This document shows positions 32,007 to 40,947 of a stretch of 55,630 nt of DNA, one piece after another. Position numbers and translations under genes: made by a program. Origin of the DNA: Fidelibacterota bacterium (GTDB taxonomy: Bacteria > Fidelibacterota > Marinisomatia > Marinisomatales > UBA1611); NCBI GenBank assembly GCA_028338895.1, contig JAOLAV010000004.1, positions 1 through 55,630 on the forward strand. Reading direction: 5' to 3'. The notes beneath the pieces are model-generated. The model searched no databases and was not told the DNA's origin. It saw only the letters and a list, made by a program, of their open reading frames with translations. The first letter of the stretch is position 1; each line of letters begins with the position of its first letter.

Positions 32007-33088
32007 TGAAAATTCTTTATATCTCACCAGAAAACACCGTTGGTACCTTGACTTTATGGAAAAGAATACATGAAGAAAATGGGAATGAGTGTAGAACAAT
32101 AACTTTTTTTCATTCTCCAAAAAATTTCAAAGAAGATATTTGTTTAAAATTACCATTTAATTTTACTTATCCATTTCTTTCTAAATTACGCAATCTTATC
32201 TTTATGATTTATCGAGGAAGCGAGGGATATTTTCAAGAAAAACCGGGATGTCCTCCTATTTGGGAAAAAGAAGGCTTAATTGATAGTCTTTTCTTAAAGT
32301 TTAAAGATTTTTTATGGCGTCCAAAAATAATGAGAGCTATTCAAGATTATAATTTATATGACTTTGATGTCTATCACTTTGAAAGTGGTATGGATTTTCT
32401 TAAAAATGAATTTTTTGTTAAAAGATTACATTCTCTAGGAAAGAAAATCATTTGCCATTACCATGGAGAAGATTTGAGGAGCAGGGGGGTAATGCCTTAT
32501 ATAAATAAATACTCGAGTCTCAATATAACAAATGAAGTTGACCTACTAGAAAAGCACCCTAACATTAAATATCTATTCTTACCTTTTCAAACTAAGACAT
32601 TCAACAAAAAAGATATAAAAAACAAAGTCATACGAGTCGCACATGCCCCAACAAATCGATTTTATAAAGGCTCTGATCATATTATTAAAGAATGTAAAAA
32701 ATTAGAATCTTTTGGCTTTATTGAGTTTGATCTAATTGAAGGTTTATCCCACCGAAAAGCCCTTGAAAGAAAAGCAAAGTCGGATATTTTCATTGATCAA
32801 ATTGGAGATAGAGGTGGATGGGGATATGGTATGAATTCAGTTGAATCTTTATCTATGGGCATATGCACGCTGACTGAAATAAATAACAGATATAATAACT
32901 TCATACCTGATCATCCATTTATTTCTATTACACAAACTACATTTTTAAGCGTTCTTAAAAACTTAATAGTAGATCCAGATAGAATATCCAAGTATGGGAG
33001 CGAGGGGAAAATTTGGGTTGAAAAATATCATGATATTAAAAGTGTATCAAAAAAACTTTATAATTATTATACTATGATCGGTCTTTAA
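32006..33088 (+). CDS. GT-B fold glycosyltransferase
   Basis: TAATG coupling at 32004-32008; HAPTNRFYKGSD, DIFIDQ, GYGMNSVESLSMG. Confidence 0.8.
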   Translation: MKILYISPENTVGTLTLWKRIHEENGNECRTITFFHSPKNFKEDICLKLPFNFTYPFLSKLRNLIFMIYRGSEGYFQEKPGCPPIWEKEGLIDSLFLKFKDFLWRPKIMRAIQDYNLYDFDVYHFESGMDFLKNEFFVKRLHSLGKKIICHYHGEDLRSRGVMPYINKYSSLNITNEVDLLEKHPNIKYLFLPFQTKTFNKKDIKNKVIRVAHAPTNRFYKGSDHIIKECKKLESFGFIEFDLIEGLSHRKALERKAKSDIFIDQIGDRGGWGYGMNSVESLSMGICTLTEINNRYNNFIPDHPFISITQTTFLSVLKNLIVDPDRISKYGSEGKIWVEKYHDIKSVSKKLYNYYTMIGL

Positions 33089-33090
33089 AT

Positions 33091-34179
33091 ATGGAGTCCC
33101 GATTGTATAATGCTCGATATGTTTACTTTTCTCGCTTATTAAGTATTTTGGTTTACCCTTATTTTTTTTTTATAAATATATTTAAAAAAAAATACTCTCT
33201 CGAAGAACTTAAAGTGAAGAATATTCTTGTTACAGAATATCATCGTATTGGAGATGTTATTATTATTGCTCCAATATTAAAATCTATTAAGAATAAGTTT
33301 CCAAATTCAAATTTAATTCTGATTTGTAATAAGCAAGTTGCTCATCTAGCAAATCATTTAAATCTAGCTGATGAAATTATTGGATTAGAAGTACCATGGA
33401 CAAATTGGGATTGGTCAATGAAAAAATGGTTTCTGGCTTACTCATTTTCAAAAAAAATAAGAACTAAAAAAATTGATTTAGCATTTGATTTTAAAGGCGA
33501 TTTTAGGAATAGTTGGTTTCTTTGGAAAATGAATCCTAAAATTAGTTTTGGATATGACCATACTGGGGGGGGGTATTTTTTTTCGAACCCACAAAAAATG
33601 AGCCAAAAAACACATCAGCAAAAAAGAGCTTTTAATCTAGTTAAAAAAGTGGGCTGTCTTAATATCTCTTTCAAAAAGATCTCTTTTAGATTCAATGAAG
33701 GCAGTCTTGTAGTCCATCCTGGAGCTATTGATATTAGAAGAGCTTGGCCAGATTCTCATTGGATACAATTTATCAAGCGTATGGTGAAACATCATAAAAT
33801 ATCCGTTGTAGAAGTAGAGTCGTCAAAAAAAATAATAAAGAAATTAAAAAAAGAGAGTTTTAGTCTTGAAGTTTTTAGTGGTGATTTGATAGAATATAAT
33901 GAATGGTTAAAAAAACAAAAACTTATTGTTGCTCCTGATTCAATGGCTGGACATCTTGCTGCTTTTAATAGAATTCCAAGTATTTCAATTTTTGGTTCTC
34001 AAGACCCTACTTTGACTAGGCCATTGAGTGTGAAATCAATGATAGTAGCCCCCGATCAAATTTGTAATCATAGGCGAGATCATTGGAGGCTTTGCGCTGA
34101 ATGTATGAGTTCAATTAATGTTGAAAAAGTTTATACGCGAGCAAGAACTTTCATAAAAAATTTAAAAAACCAAAGATAA
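33091..34179 (+). CDS. GT9 (heptosyltransferase-like) glycosyltransferase
   Basis: HRIGDVII, HPGA...RAWP, DSMAGHLAA, IFGSQDP. Confidence 0.9.
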   Translation: MESRLYNARYVYFSRLLSILVYPYFFFINIFKKKYSLEELKVKNILVTEYHRIGDVIIIAPILKSIKNKFPNSNLILICNKQVAHLANHLNLADEIIGLEVPWTNWDWSMKKWFLAYSFSKKIRTKKIDLAFDFKGDFRNSWFLWKMNPKISFGYDHTGGGYFFSNPQKMSQKTHQQKRAFNLVKKVGCLNISFKKISFRFNEGSLVVHPGAIDIRRAWPDSHWIQFIKRMVKHHKISVVEVESSKKIIKKLKKESFSLEVFSGDLIEYNEWLKKQKLIVAPDSMAGHLAAFNRIPSISIFGSQDPTLTRPLSVKSMIVAPDQICNHRRDHWRLCAECMSSINVEKVYTRARTFIKNLKNQR

Positions 34180-34186
34180 AAAAATA

Positions 34187-34214
34187 TTGCTAATATATCC
34201 TTTATTAGTAAATT
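34187..34214 (+). promoter_or_regulatory. Candidate promoter for the small-protein pair
   Basis: TTGCTA-N16-TAAATT; AT-rich background weakens the call. Confidence 0.35.
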
Positions 34215-34341
34215 CTAATAATGAATGGGTTTAACCCTTGGTTCTATAGAGTATTTTCAATGGTAAAACCTGTTTTAATAATACGGATTAATACACTAAG
34301 TATTAATCATACCTAAAGAACCAAACCAAGGAGGTATCGGC

Positions 34342-34551
34342 ATGGCTGATGTCAACTCAACCGTATCAAATGCAGCATCTGGAGTTGTAGGTGTAATTAA
34401 AGCTTTAATCGTGCTGTTCGTTTTCGTTAATATTGTCTATTCTACTGGATTTGATCCAATTGGTGGGATTGTAGATCTTGTCAATACGTTTTTAGATGGT
34501 GGTTTTGCTGGTCTATTAGCACTACTTGTCTTCCTCTCATTTCTAGGGTAA
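34342..34551 (+). CDS. Small membrane protein A (unknown function)
   Basis: Strong SD AAGGAGGT; two hydrophobic helices; GGFAGLLAL. Confidence 0.85.
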   Translation: MADVNSTVSNAASGVVGVIKALIVLFVFVNIVYSTGFDPIGGIVDLVNTFLDGGFAGLLALLVFLSFLG

Positions 34552-34615
34552 TAGCACAGGGCTTATTAGTGACAGTGTTACGAAATTATCTTATTCCTGA
34601 AAACAGGAGGAAACT

Positions 34616-34831
34616 ATGTTAAAAGGCTTACAAACTGTAAATCAATGGCTTGGCCAACTCACAGATTTGGCAAAAACATTGGTAGTTATAGGTATTATAG
34701 TAGGGATTTTATTCGATGATTTTTTTGGTGTTATCGCTGGGCTAGGTAGAATTATGTCTCAGTTTGGAGATGCCGGGTTCGCCGGAATACTTTCCTTAAT
34801 GATACTAGTAATGTGGTATGAAAAAAAATAA
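34616..34831 (+). CDS. Small membrane protein B, paralog of A
   Basis: SD AGGAGG; aligns ungapped to A; AGFAGILSL. Confidence 0.85.
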   Translation: MLKGLQTVNQWLGQLTDLAKTLVVIGIIVGILFDDFFGVIAGLGRIMSQFGDAGFAGILSLMILVMWYEKK

Positions 34832-34850
34832 ATAAAACCATGAATACTGA

Positions 34851-34887
34851 ACTACGCCTCATTAAAATTATGAGGCGTAGTCATTTA
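34851..34887 (+). terminator. Stem-loop after the small-protein pair (probable terminator)
   Basis: ACTACGCCTCAT-TAAAATT-ATGAGGCGTAGT 12-bp stem, weak U tract. Confidence 0.7.
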
Positions 34888-34984
34888 TACAAAATTTGAA
34901 TTAAGCCAAAATTGTCTTATCGCTTTATTCATAGTTCATTTTTTATTTTAAGATTCTCTCTAGAATAAAATATTAATCATTAAA

Positions 34985-36463
34985 ATGAATTTTAAAAATT
35001 TAGCTTATCTCTTTTTTATTTTAAATATTTTATTTTCTGAAGTTCATGTTTTTAACCGAAGCAATGGTACAGAATCTGAAATTGAAACTCTTTCTGGTAT
35101 AACTCCTCTTCATCTATCCGCTAAAGACTTAGCCAATGCATTCTCATCAAAAATTTATGAGAATGAGGAAAGAAGAAAACTTGTTATCTACATTTCTGGT
35201 CATAAAGTAAAAATTTCTGGTAATAGTAGTTTTATTATGATCGATGATAAAGCATATCAAATGACTCAGATAGCTAAAATTGAGTTAAAAGATTTATATG
35301 TCCCAGCTGAAGCATTTATCAACATATTAAAAGCAACAATACTACCAGGTATAAACTTTGATTTGAAAAAAGAATTATTAGATATCGATATAGTTAAATT
35401 CAATATTACGGGTATACATATTGAAACAAAATCGAATGGAACAATTATAAAGCTAGAAACTAAAAAACCTTTTTCAGACCAAAACATTAGTTCTTTTATT
35501 AATAAACATGGATGGTTTTATTTAACCGTGGCAGGTGCGGTAGTTGATACTTTTACAATTAATACAGCTCTTACAAGAGGAATTATTCGCCGAGTAGAAT
35601 CAGACCAAATTGGTAAAACAGCTCAAGTCGCTTTTAAATTAGCAGGTGAAGTCATAAGTCATGAGTGGTACCAAAGCTTGGACCCTTATGAGATCGTAAT
35701 AACTTTGCGTACACCCCTAGGAAAAGTAACTGAGCAGCACATTGATGATGTGAAAAAACGATGGCATTTAGATACTGTAGTTCTTGATGCTGGACATGGG
35801 GGTAAGGATCCTGGTTCGCAAGGGAAGTATGGAACAAAAGAAAAAGATGTTGTTCTAGATATAACAAAAAGAGTGGGGCGCCTGTTAGAGAAAAAAACAG
35901 GTATTAAAGTAATTTATACAAGAGAAGAAGATGTTTTTGTCCCCTTAATTAGCAGGACAAAGATGGCTAATGATGCTAATGGGAAATTATTTGTTAGTAT
36001 TCATGCAAATTCTAACCCGAATAGGAAAGTTCAAGGATTTGAAACATATTTGTTACGCCCAGGTAAAAGTGAAGATGCTATTGAGGTTGCATCACGTGAA
36101 AATGCCGTAATAAAGATGGAAGATAAAACAGGGCATTATGATAAATTATCTGGGGAAAGCTTAATTATGGCTACAATGGCTCAAAGTATGTTTTTGAAAG
36201 AGAGTGAAGACTTAGCTTCTATAATTCAAATGGAATTAGATAAGAGGCTTGATACTCCTAATAGAGGAGTTAAGCAAGCAGGGTTTTATGTTCTAATTGG
36301 AGCTTCAATGCCTAATGTTTTAGTCGAAGTTGGTTATTTGTCAAATCCTGGAGAAGAAAAAAAGTTAAAGCAATCGGAGCATAAAGAAAGGATTGCCCAA
36401 TCCATATTTGAAGGGATTAAACAATTTAAATTTTCACGAGAAAAATTATTGGTAGGAGATTAA
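34985..36463 (+). CDS. N-acetylmuramoyl-L-alanine amidase (Amidase_3)
   Basis: LDAGHGGKDPG, EKDVVL, FVSIHAN, VLVEVGYLSN. Confidence 0.95.
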   Translation: MNFKNLAYLFFILNILFSEVHVFNRSNGTESEIETLSGITPLHLSAKDLANAFSSKIYENEERRKLVIYISGHKVKISGNSSFIMIDDKAYQMTQIAKIELKDLYVPAEAFINILKATILPGINFDLKKELLDIDIVKFNITGIHIETKSNGTIIKLETKKPFSDQNISSFINKHGWFYLTVAGAVVDTFTINTALTRGIIRRVESDQIGKTAQVAFKLAGEVISHEWYQSLDPYEIVITLRTPLGKVTEQHIDDVKKRWHLDTVVLDAGHGGKDPGSQGKYGTKEKDVVLDITKRVGRLLEKKTGIKVIYTREEDVFVPLISRTKMANDANGKLFVSIHANSNPNRKVQGFETYLLRPGKSEDAIEVASRENAVIKMEDKTGHYDKLSGESLIMATMAQSMFLKESEDLASIIQMELDKRLDTPNRGVKQAGFYVLIGASMPNVLVEVGYLSNPGEEKKLKQSEHKERIAQSIFEGIKQFKFSREKLLVGD

Positions 36464-36466
36464 AAG

Positions 36467-37264
36467 TTGGATAATAGGCCAATTGGTGTTTTTGATTCAG
36501 GGCTTGGTGGGCTTACTGTTTTAAAAGCTCTAAAAATAGCACTACCAAATGAAAATTTTATCTATGTTGGTGATACAGCTAGAGTACCCTATGGTAATAA
36601 AAGCAGAAAAAAAATTAAGCAATATTCTGATCAAATTTCTAAATGGCTAATTGCTCAAGATTGTAAAATGGTTGTAGTTGCTTGTAATACCGCATCAGCG
36701 ATTGCTCTTGAATCATTAAGAATGAAATTTTCAATTCCGATAATAGGTGTAATTAATTCCGGAGTTAGGCGAGCAATTCATTTATCCCAAAATTCTCATA
36801 TTGCTGTTTTAGCTACTGCTGCAACTATAAAATCTGATGAATATGGCAAGCAATTAAAAGCTTTGAACTCTCAAATTATCATAAAAAATATAGCCTGCCC
36901 ATTATTTGTTCCTCTAGTAGAGGAAGGACTCACCAATGATCATTTATCGTTATCAGTAATAAAAATGTATCTAAAAAGCTTGAAAAATTCCAAATTTGAT
37001 ACGGTGATATTAGGTTGTACGCATTATCCGCTCTTAAAAGATCCCATCCAAAATATTCTAGGTGACAAAGTTAAGCTTGTTGATTCAGGTAATGCTATTG
37101 TGAAAGAGGTCGAAGAATTTTTAATGGAAAATAATTTAATGTCAAAAATTAGTCAGGGTATCTTTCATTGTTTTGTTACTGATGAGCCTGAAAGTTTTGA
37201 TAAGATTGCTGAAAGATTTTTACAAACAAAATTAGTTGGAACCTCCCACATTGAACTCTTCTAA
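36467..37264 (+). CDS. murI: Glutamate racemase
   Basis: FDSGLGGLTV, VACNTAS, LGCTHYP. Confidence 0.97.
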   Translation: MDNRPIGVFDSGLGGLTVLKALKIALPNENFIYVGDTARVPYGNKSRKKIKQYSDQISKWLIAQDCKMVVVACNTASAIALESLRMKFSIPIIGVINSGVRRAIHLSQNSHIAVLATAATIKSDEYGKQLKALNSQIIIKNIACPLFVPLVEEGLTNDHLSLSVIKMYLKSLKNSKFDTVILGCTHYPLLKDPIQNILGDKVKLVDSGNAIVKEVEEFLMENNLMSKISQGIFHCFVTDEPESFDKIAERFLQTKLVGTSHIELF

Positions 37265-38513
37265 TATTTCAGAACTTTTAGACTCTTTATATTCTTTAGA
37301 GAGATTAGGCATCAAAATGGGCCTTGAGCATACTGAGGAATTACTTAAGTCGATTGGGAACCCTCAAAAAAGATTAAAATTTATACATATTGCGGGTACA
37401 AATGGGAAAGGGTCTACGAGTGCTCATATTGAAAGTGTTTTAAGGAAAACTGGAAGAAAAGTTGGATTATATACATCTCCGCATTTAATAAATTTTAACG
37501 AGCGAATTAGAATTAATGGAGTGCCAATAACAGATTCAGGAATTGTCTCTTTTTTAGAGCCAAATTGGGCCAGTATAAATAAAATAGAATCTACATTTTT
37601 TGAAACTACAACTGCAATGGCATTTAATTACTTTGACATCAATAATGTGGATATTGCAATTATTGAAACAGGTCTTGGTGGCCGGTTAGACTCGACTAAT
37701 GTAATAAAGCCATTATTCTCTATTATTACATCTATATCATTCGATCACATCGATATTTTAGGTAACAGCCTTGAAGAAATTGCAGAAGAGAAAGCTGGAA
37801 TAATAAAAAAAGGTGTTCCACTTATCACCCTAAAACAAAATATCAAAATAGATAAGGTTCTATCCGATAAAGCAAATAATGTAAAATCAAGAATAGTTCT
37901 ATCCGACCCACCATCTAAAATAAAAATAACTTCTTCAGGCACAGAATTTTTGCAAAATAATACATTTTATAAAACTGGATTGATCGGAAAGCATCAAGCA
38001 GAGAATGCTTCTCTTGCTATAACAGCACTTAAGTTTTTTGATCCTAAAATAAATGATGAAGATATTAATAATAGTTTTATCAGGATTGTTTGGCCAGGAA
38101 GACTTCAAAAACTAGGGTTTAATATTTATTATGATGTAGCGCATAATCAAGATGGTCTTAAACTGATTATCAATTATTTAGAGCATAAATATCCCAACAA
38201 AAAAATATTTGGACTATTTTGTTTAAAAGGCGATAAGGATTTAGGTGGAATTGCAAAGATCCTTTCTAACAAATTTTCAAAATTATATATTTCGACTGAC
38301 AAGAATAATCAGTTATTAAGCGGATTATCTCTATCCAAAACACTAAAGAAAAATGGAGTGGATAGCGATGTACTTTCATCTGTAAAAGTCGGAGTCTCGA
38401 AGCTCATTGGCTTAACAAAAAAAAATAGTGTTGGGCTCATCTTTGGTACACATTATATAGCAGAAGAGGTTTTTAATGAATTTGAAATATCATTTGACAG
38501 AGGAATAATTTAG
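37251..38513 (+). CDS. folC: Folylpolyglutamate/dihydrofolate synthase
   Basis: HIAGTNGKGST, YTSPHL, ETGLGGRLDSTN, WPGRLQ, DVAHN; start uncertain (TTG 37236 or 37251). Confidence 0.95.
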   Translation: MNSSNISELLDSLYSLERLGIKMGLEHTEELLKSIGNPQKRLKFIHIAGTNGKGSTSAHIESVLRKTGRKVGLYTSPHLINFNERIRINGVPITDSGIVSFLEPNWASINKIESTFFETTTAMAFNYFDINNVDIAIIETGLGGRLDSTNVIKPLFSIITSISFDHIDILGNSLEEIAEEKAGIIKKGVPLITLKQNIKIDKVLSDKANNVKSRIVLSDPPSKIKITSSGTEFLQNNTFYKTGLIGKHQAENASLAITALKFFDPKINDEDINNSFIRIVWPGRLQKLGFNIYYDVAHNQDGLKLIINYLEHKYPNKKIFGLFCLKGDKDLGGIAKILSNKFSKLYISTDKNNQLLSGLSLSKTLKKNGVDSDVLSSVKVGVSKLIGLTKKNSVGLIFGTHYIAEEVFNEFEISFDRGII

Positions 38514-38521
38514 TGTAATTT
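38494..38521 (+). promoter_or_regulatory. Candidate rho promoter
   Basis: TTGACA-N16-TAATTT overlapping the folC end. Confidence 0.45.
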
Positions 38522-38592
38522 CAATCAGTTCCAATGTTTCCACGGGGCTTATTATTTAAATTTTCCAAAGTTTTACATAGGTTACAAAATAT

Positions 38593-39844
38593 ATGGATCT
38601 TAACGAATTACAATCATTACATATTAAAGAGCTGACTAAGCTAGCTCAAGATTTAAAGATTGAAGGCGGTGTTACAGGCCTCAATAAACAAGAATTAATT
38701 GTTAAAATATTAGAAGCCAATGCTAAAAAAGATGGTTCTTTTTCGGCAAGAGGTGTTTTAGAAGTGATGCCAGATGGTTATGGTTTTTTACGTTCGTCTG
38801 ATTTTAATTACCTCCCAGGTCCTGATGATATTTATGTAAGTCCTTCCCAAATTAAAAGATTTGGTTTAAAAACAGGGCATCTTATTTCTGGTGAGATTAG
38901 GCCTCCAAAATCAAAAGAGCGTTTTTATGCTCTATTAAAAGTATTAACAGTTAATGATAAGCCTCTAGAAGAACTAAAAAATATAATATTATTTGGCAAC
39001 TTCACTCCTCTTTACCCTGAGGAAAAATTCAATCTAGAAACGGATCCAAAAGATTTATCCATGAGAATTATGGATTTAATGTCTCCCATTGGTAAGGGGC
39101 AAAGAGGATTAATCGTCGCACAGCCAAAAAACCGGGAAAACAATACTTTTGCAAACATTAGCAAACTCTATTAGTAAAAACCATCCTGAAACAAAAAGAA
39201 TTGTTCTTCTTATTGATGAAAGACCTGAAGAAGTGACTGATATGAAGAGGAATGTTGATGCTGAAGTAATTAGTTCAACCTTTGATGAGCCGCCGGAGCG
39301 ACATGTCTCTGTAGCAGATATGGTTCTTCAAAAAGCAAAAAGAATGGTCGAATACGGAGACGACGTTGTTATTCTTCTAGATAGCATCACGCGGCTTGCA
39401 AGAGCTCATAATGCTGTTACGCCACATAGTGGTAAAATACTATCAGGTGGTGTTGATTTTAATGCTTTAAAAAAGCCAAAGCAGTTTTTTGGCGCAGCAA
39501 GAAATACTGAAGAAGCTGGAAGCCTGACTATAATATCAACGGCATTGATTGAAACCGGAAGTCGTGCAGATGAAGTTATTTTTGAAGAATTTAAAGGTAC
39601 TGGGAATATGGAGCTTGTTCTTGATAGAGGTTTGAGCGATAGAAGAATGTATCCAGCATTTAATATAATACGCTCCGGAACAAGAAAAGAAGAGCTCTTG
39701 CTTGATCGTAAAGTCTTAGGTCGTATGTGGATTCTGCGTAAACTTTTAAACGATATGAAAGTAGAAGAAGCAATGGCTTTTATGCAAGATAGAATGAAAA
39801 GGACAAAAACAAATGCAGAGTTCCTTGACACAATGAGTCAATAA
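38593..39844 (+). CDS. rho: Transcription termination factor Rho, split by +1 frameshift in A6 run 39126-39131
   Basis: [17 protein letters not shown]; removing one A restores Walker A AQPKTGKT and a 416-aa ORF; [22 protein letters not shown]. Confidence 0.96.
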
Positions 39845-39864
39845 AAATTTGAATAATTTTTTTT

Positions 39865-40947
39865 ATGGCTGATAGTTTTCCTGATATAAAAACAATTGTA
39901 GTTAGGGTTAACACGGATAAACCCGTTAGGAAAACACCTTATCAGGTCAAAGGTGTTTTTATGCGTCAGTTTCCCGATGAAGCTATAGTACCTATGTTAA
40001 ATGGGTCCTTACGAGATCAGTTTTTATATCCAAGAGTCCAAGTCAAAATTTTAAATGAGCAAATATATATTATAGGTATTAACGAAGGTGTTAGTCCCGT
40101 TCTTCAACTATCTGAAAAATTCAAAGCATTTGATTTTGGGAATATTACTTTTGAAGTCGAAAGTTTTGATATCGAAGAATCAAAAGAGCAGTTTATTCCA
40201 TCTTCTAAATTATTAAGATATCGTTTTGTTACTCCTTGGGTTGCTCTTAACCATATGACTGGAGGTAAGTATCGTTTTTTAACCAATCAAGAAAAACCAT
40301 CTTATTTAAATAAATTAATTGGTCAAAATATAGTTTTCTTAGCAAATGAAGTTGGAATCAAATTAAAAGACGATATAGTTACTCGGGTAAATGTATCGAG
40401 CCTATTTCCTAAGCCTGTTGATGATAATAAATGGGGTGCTTTTATGGGTGATTTTGAAACAAACTTCATATTACCAAATTATATTGGAGTGGGTAATGGA
40501 ATTACGAGGGGATTCGGAACAATATTTGGTGTCTTCAACCCCGATCTTTTATCTTTTAATAAAAAAGAATTGGAAGATGATACTGGTTCAAAAGAGCCTT
40601 TAGAAATAGATAAACAAGAAAATCTTGAGGTGATATCCACATTAGATGTTCCAAAACCAAAAAGAAAAAAGCGTAATAACTCAAGAAATAATCGGAAGAA
40701 ACAAAATAAAAAAATAGATTCAAAGAAAGTTCAATCAGAACAAAGCACTTCCAAAAAAAGAATAAACATAAAAAGTCAAAAGAAGAATCAAAGCTCTAAT
40801 AAAAAATATCCTAGGTCAGGAAGAGTCTTTTCAGAAGAATTTGATATTGAACCGGATACAGTTAATGTTAAACCTGATGTTACTAATGATGATATTGATC
40901 AAAAATTTAATACAGAACAGCATCACAAAAAGCAACATAAGTTTTAA
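39865..40947 (+). CDS. cas6: Stand-alone Cas6b-like RAMP protein with long charged disordered C-terminal tail
   Basis: YPRVQVK, IIGINEG, YRFVTPWVALN, FMGDFETNFILPNYIGVGNGITRGFGTI (G-rich loop GhGxxxxRGhG); no other cas genes or array in window. Confidence 0.8.
   Translation: MADSFPDIKTIVVRVNTDKPVRKTPYQVKGVFMRQFPDEAIVPMLNGSLRDQFLYPRVQVKILNEQIYIIGINEGVSPVLQLSEKFKAFDFGNITFEVESFDIEESKEQFIPSSKLLRYRFVTPWVALNHMTGGKYRFLTNQEKPSYLNKLIGQNIVFLANEVGIKLKDDIVTRVNVSSLFPKPVDDNKWGAFMGDFETNFILPNYIGVGNGITRGFGTIFGVFNPDLLSFNKKELEDDTGSKEPLEIDKQENLEVISTLDVPKPKRKKRNNSRNNRKKQNKKIDSKKVQSEQSTSKKRINIKSQKKNQSSNKKYPRSGRVFSEEFDIEPDTVNVKPDVTNDDIDQKFNTEQHHKKQHKF

Noticed and set aside
34255-34310. c-di-GMP-I riboswitch (GGTAAAACC resembles its 5' motif)
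   Set aside because: No GNRA-capped stem or GACGCAAA-like segment follows.
34342-34831. Gas vesicle GvpA, ATP synthase c subunit or pilin identity for the microproteins
   Set aside because: No GvpA motif, no RQP loop or mid-membrane acidic residue typical of c subunits, and no prepilin G/FTLxE site.
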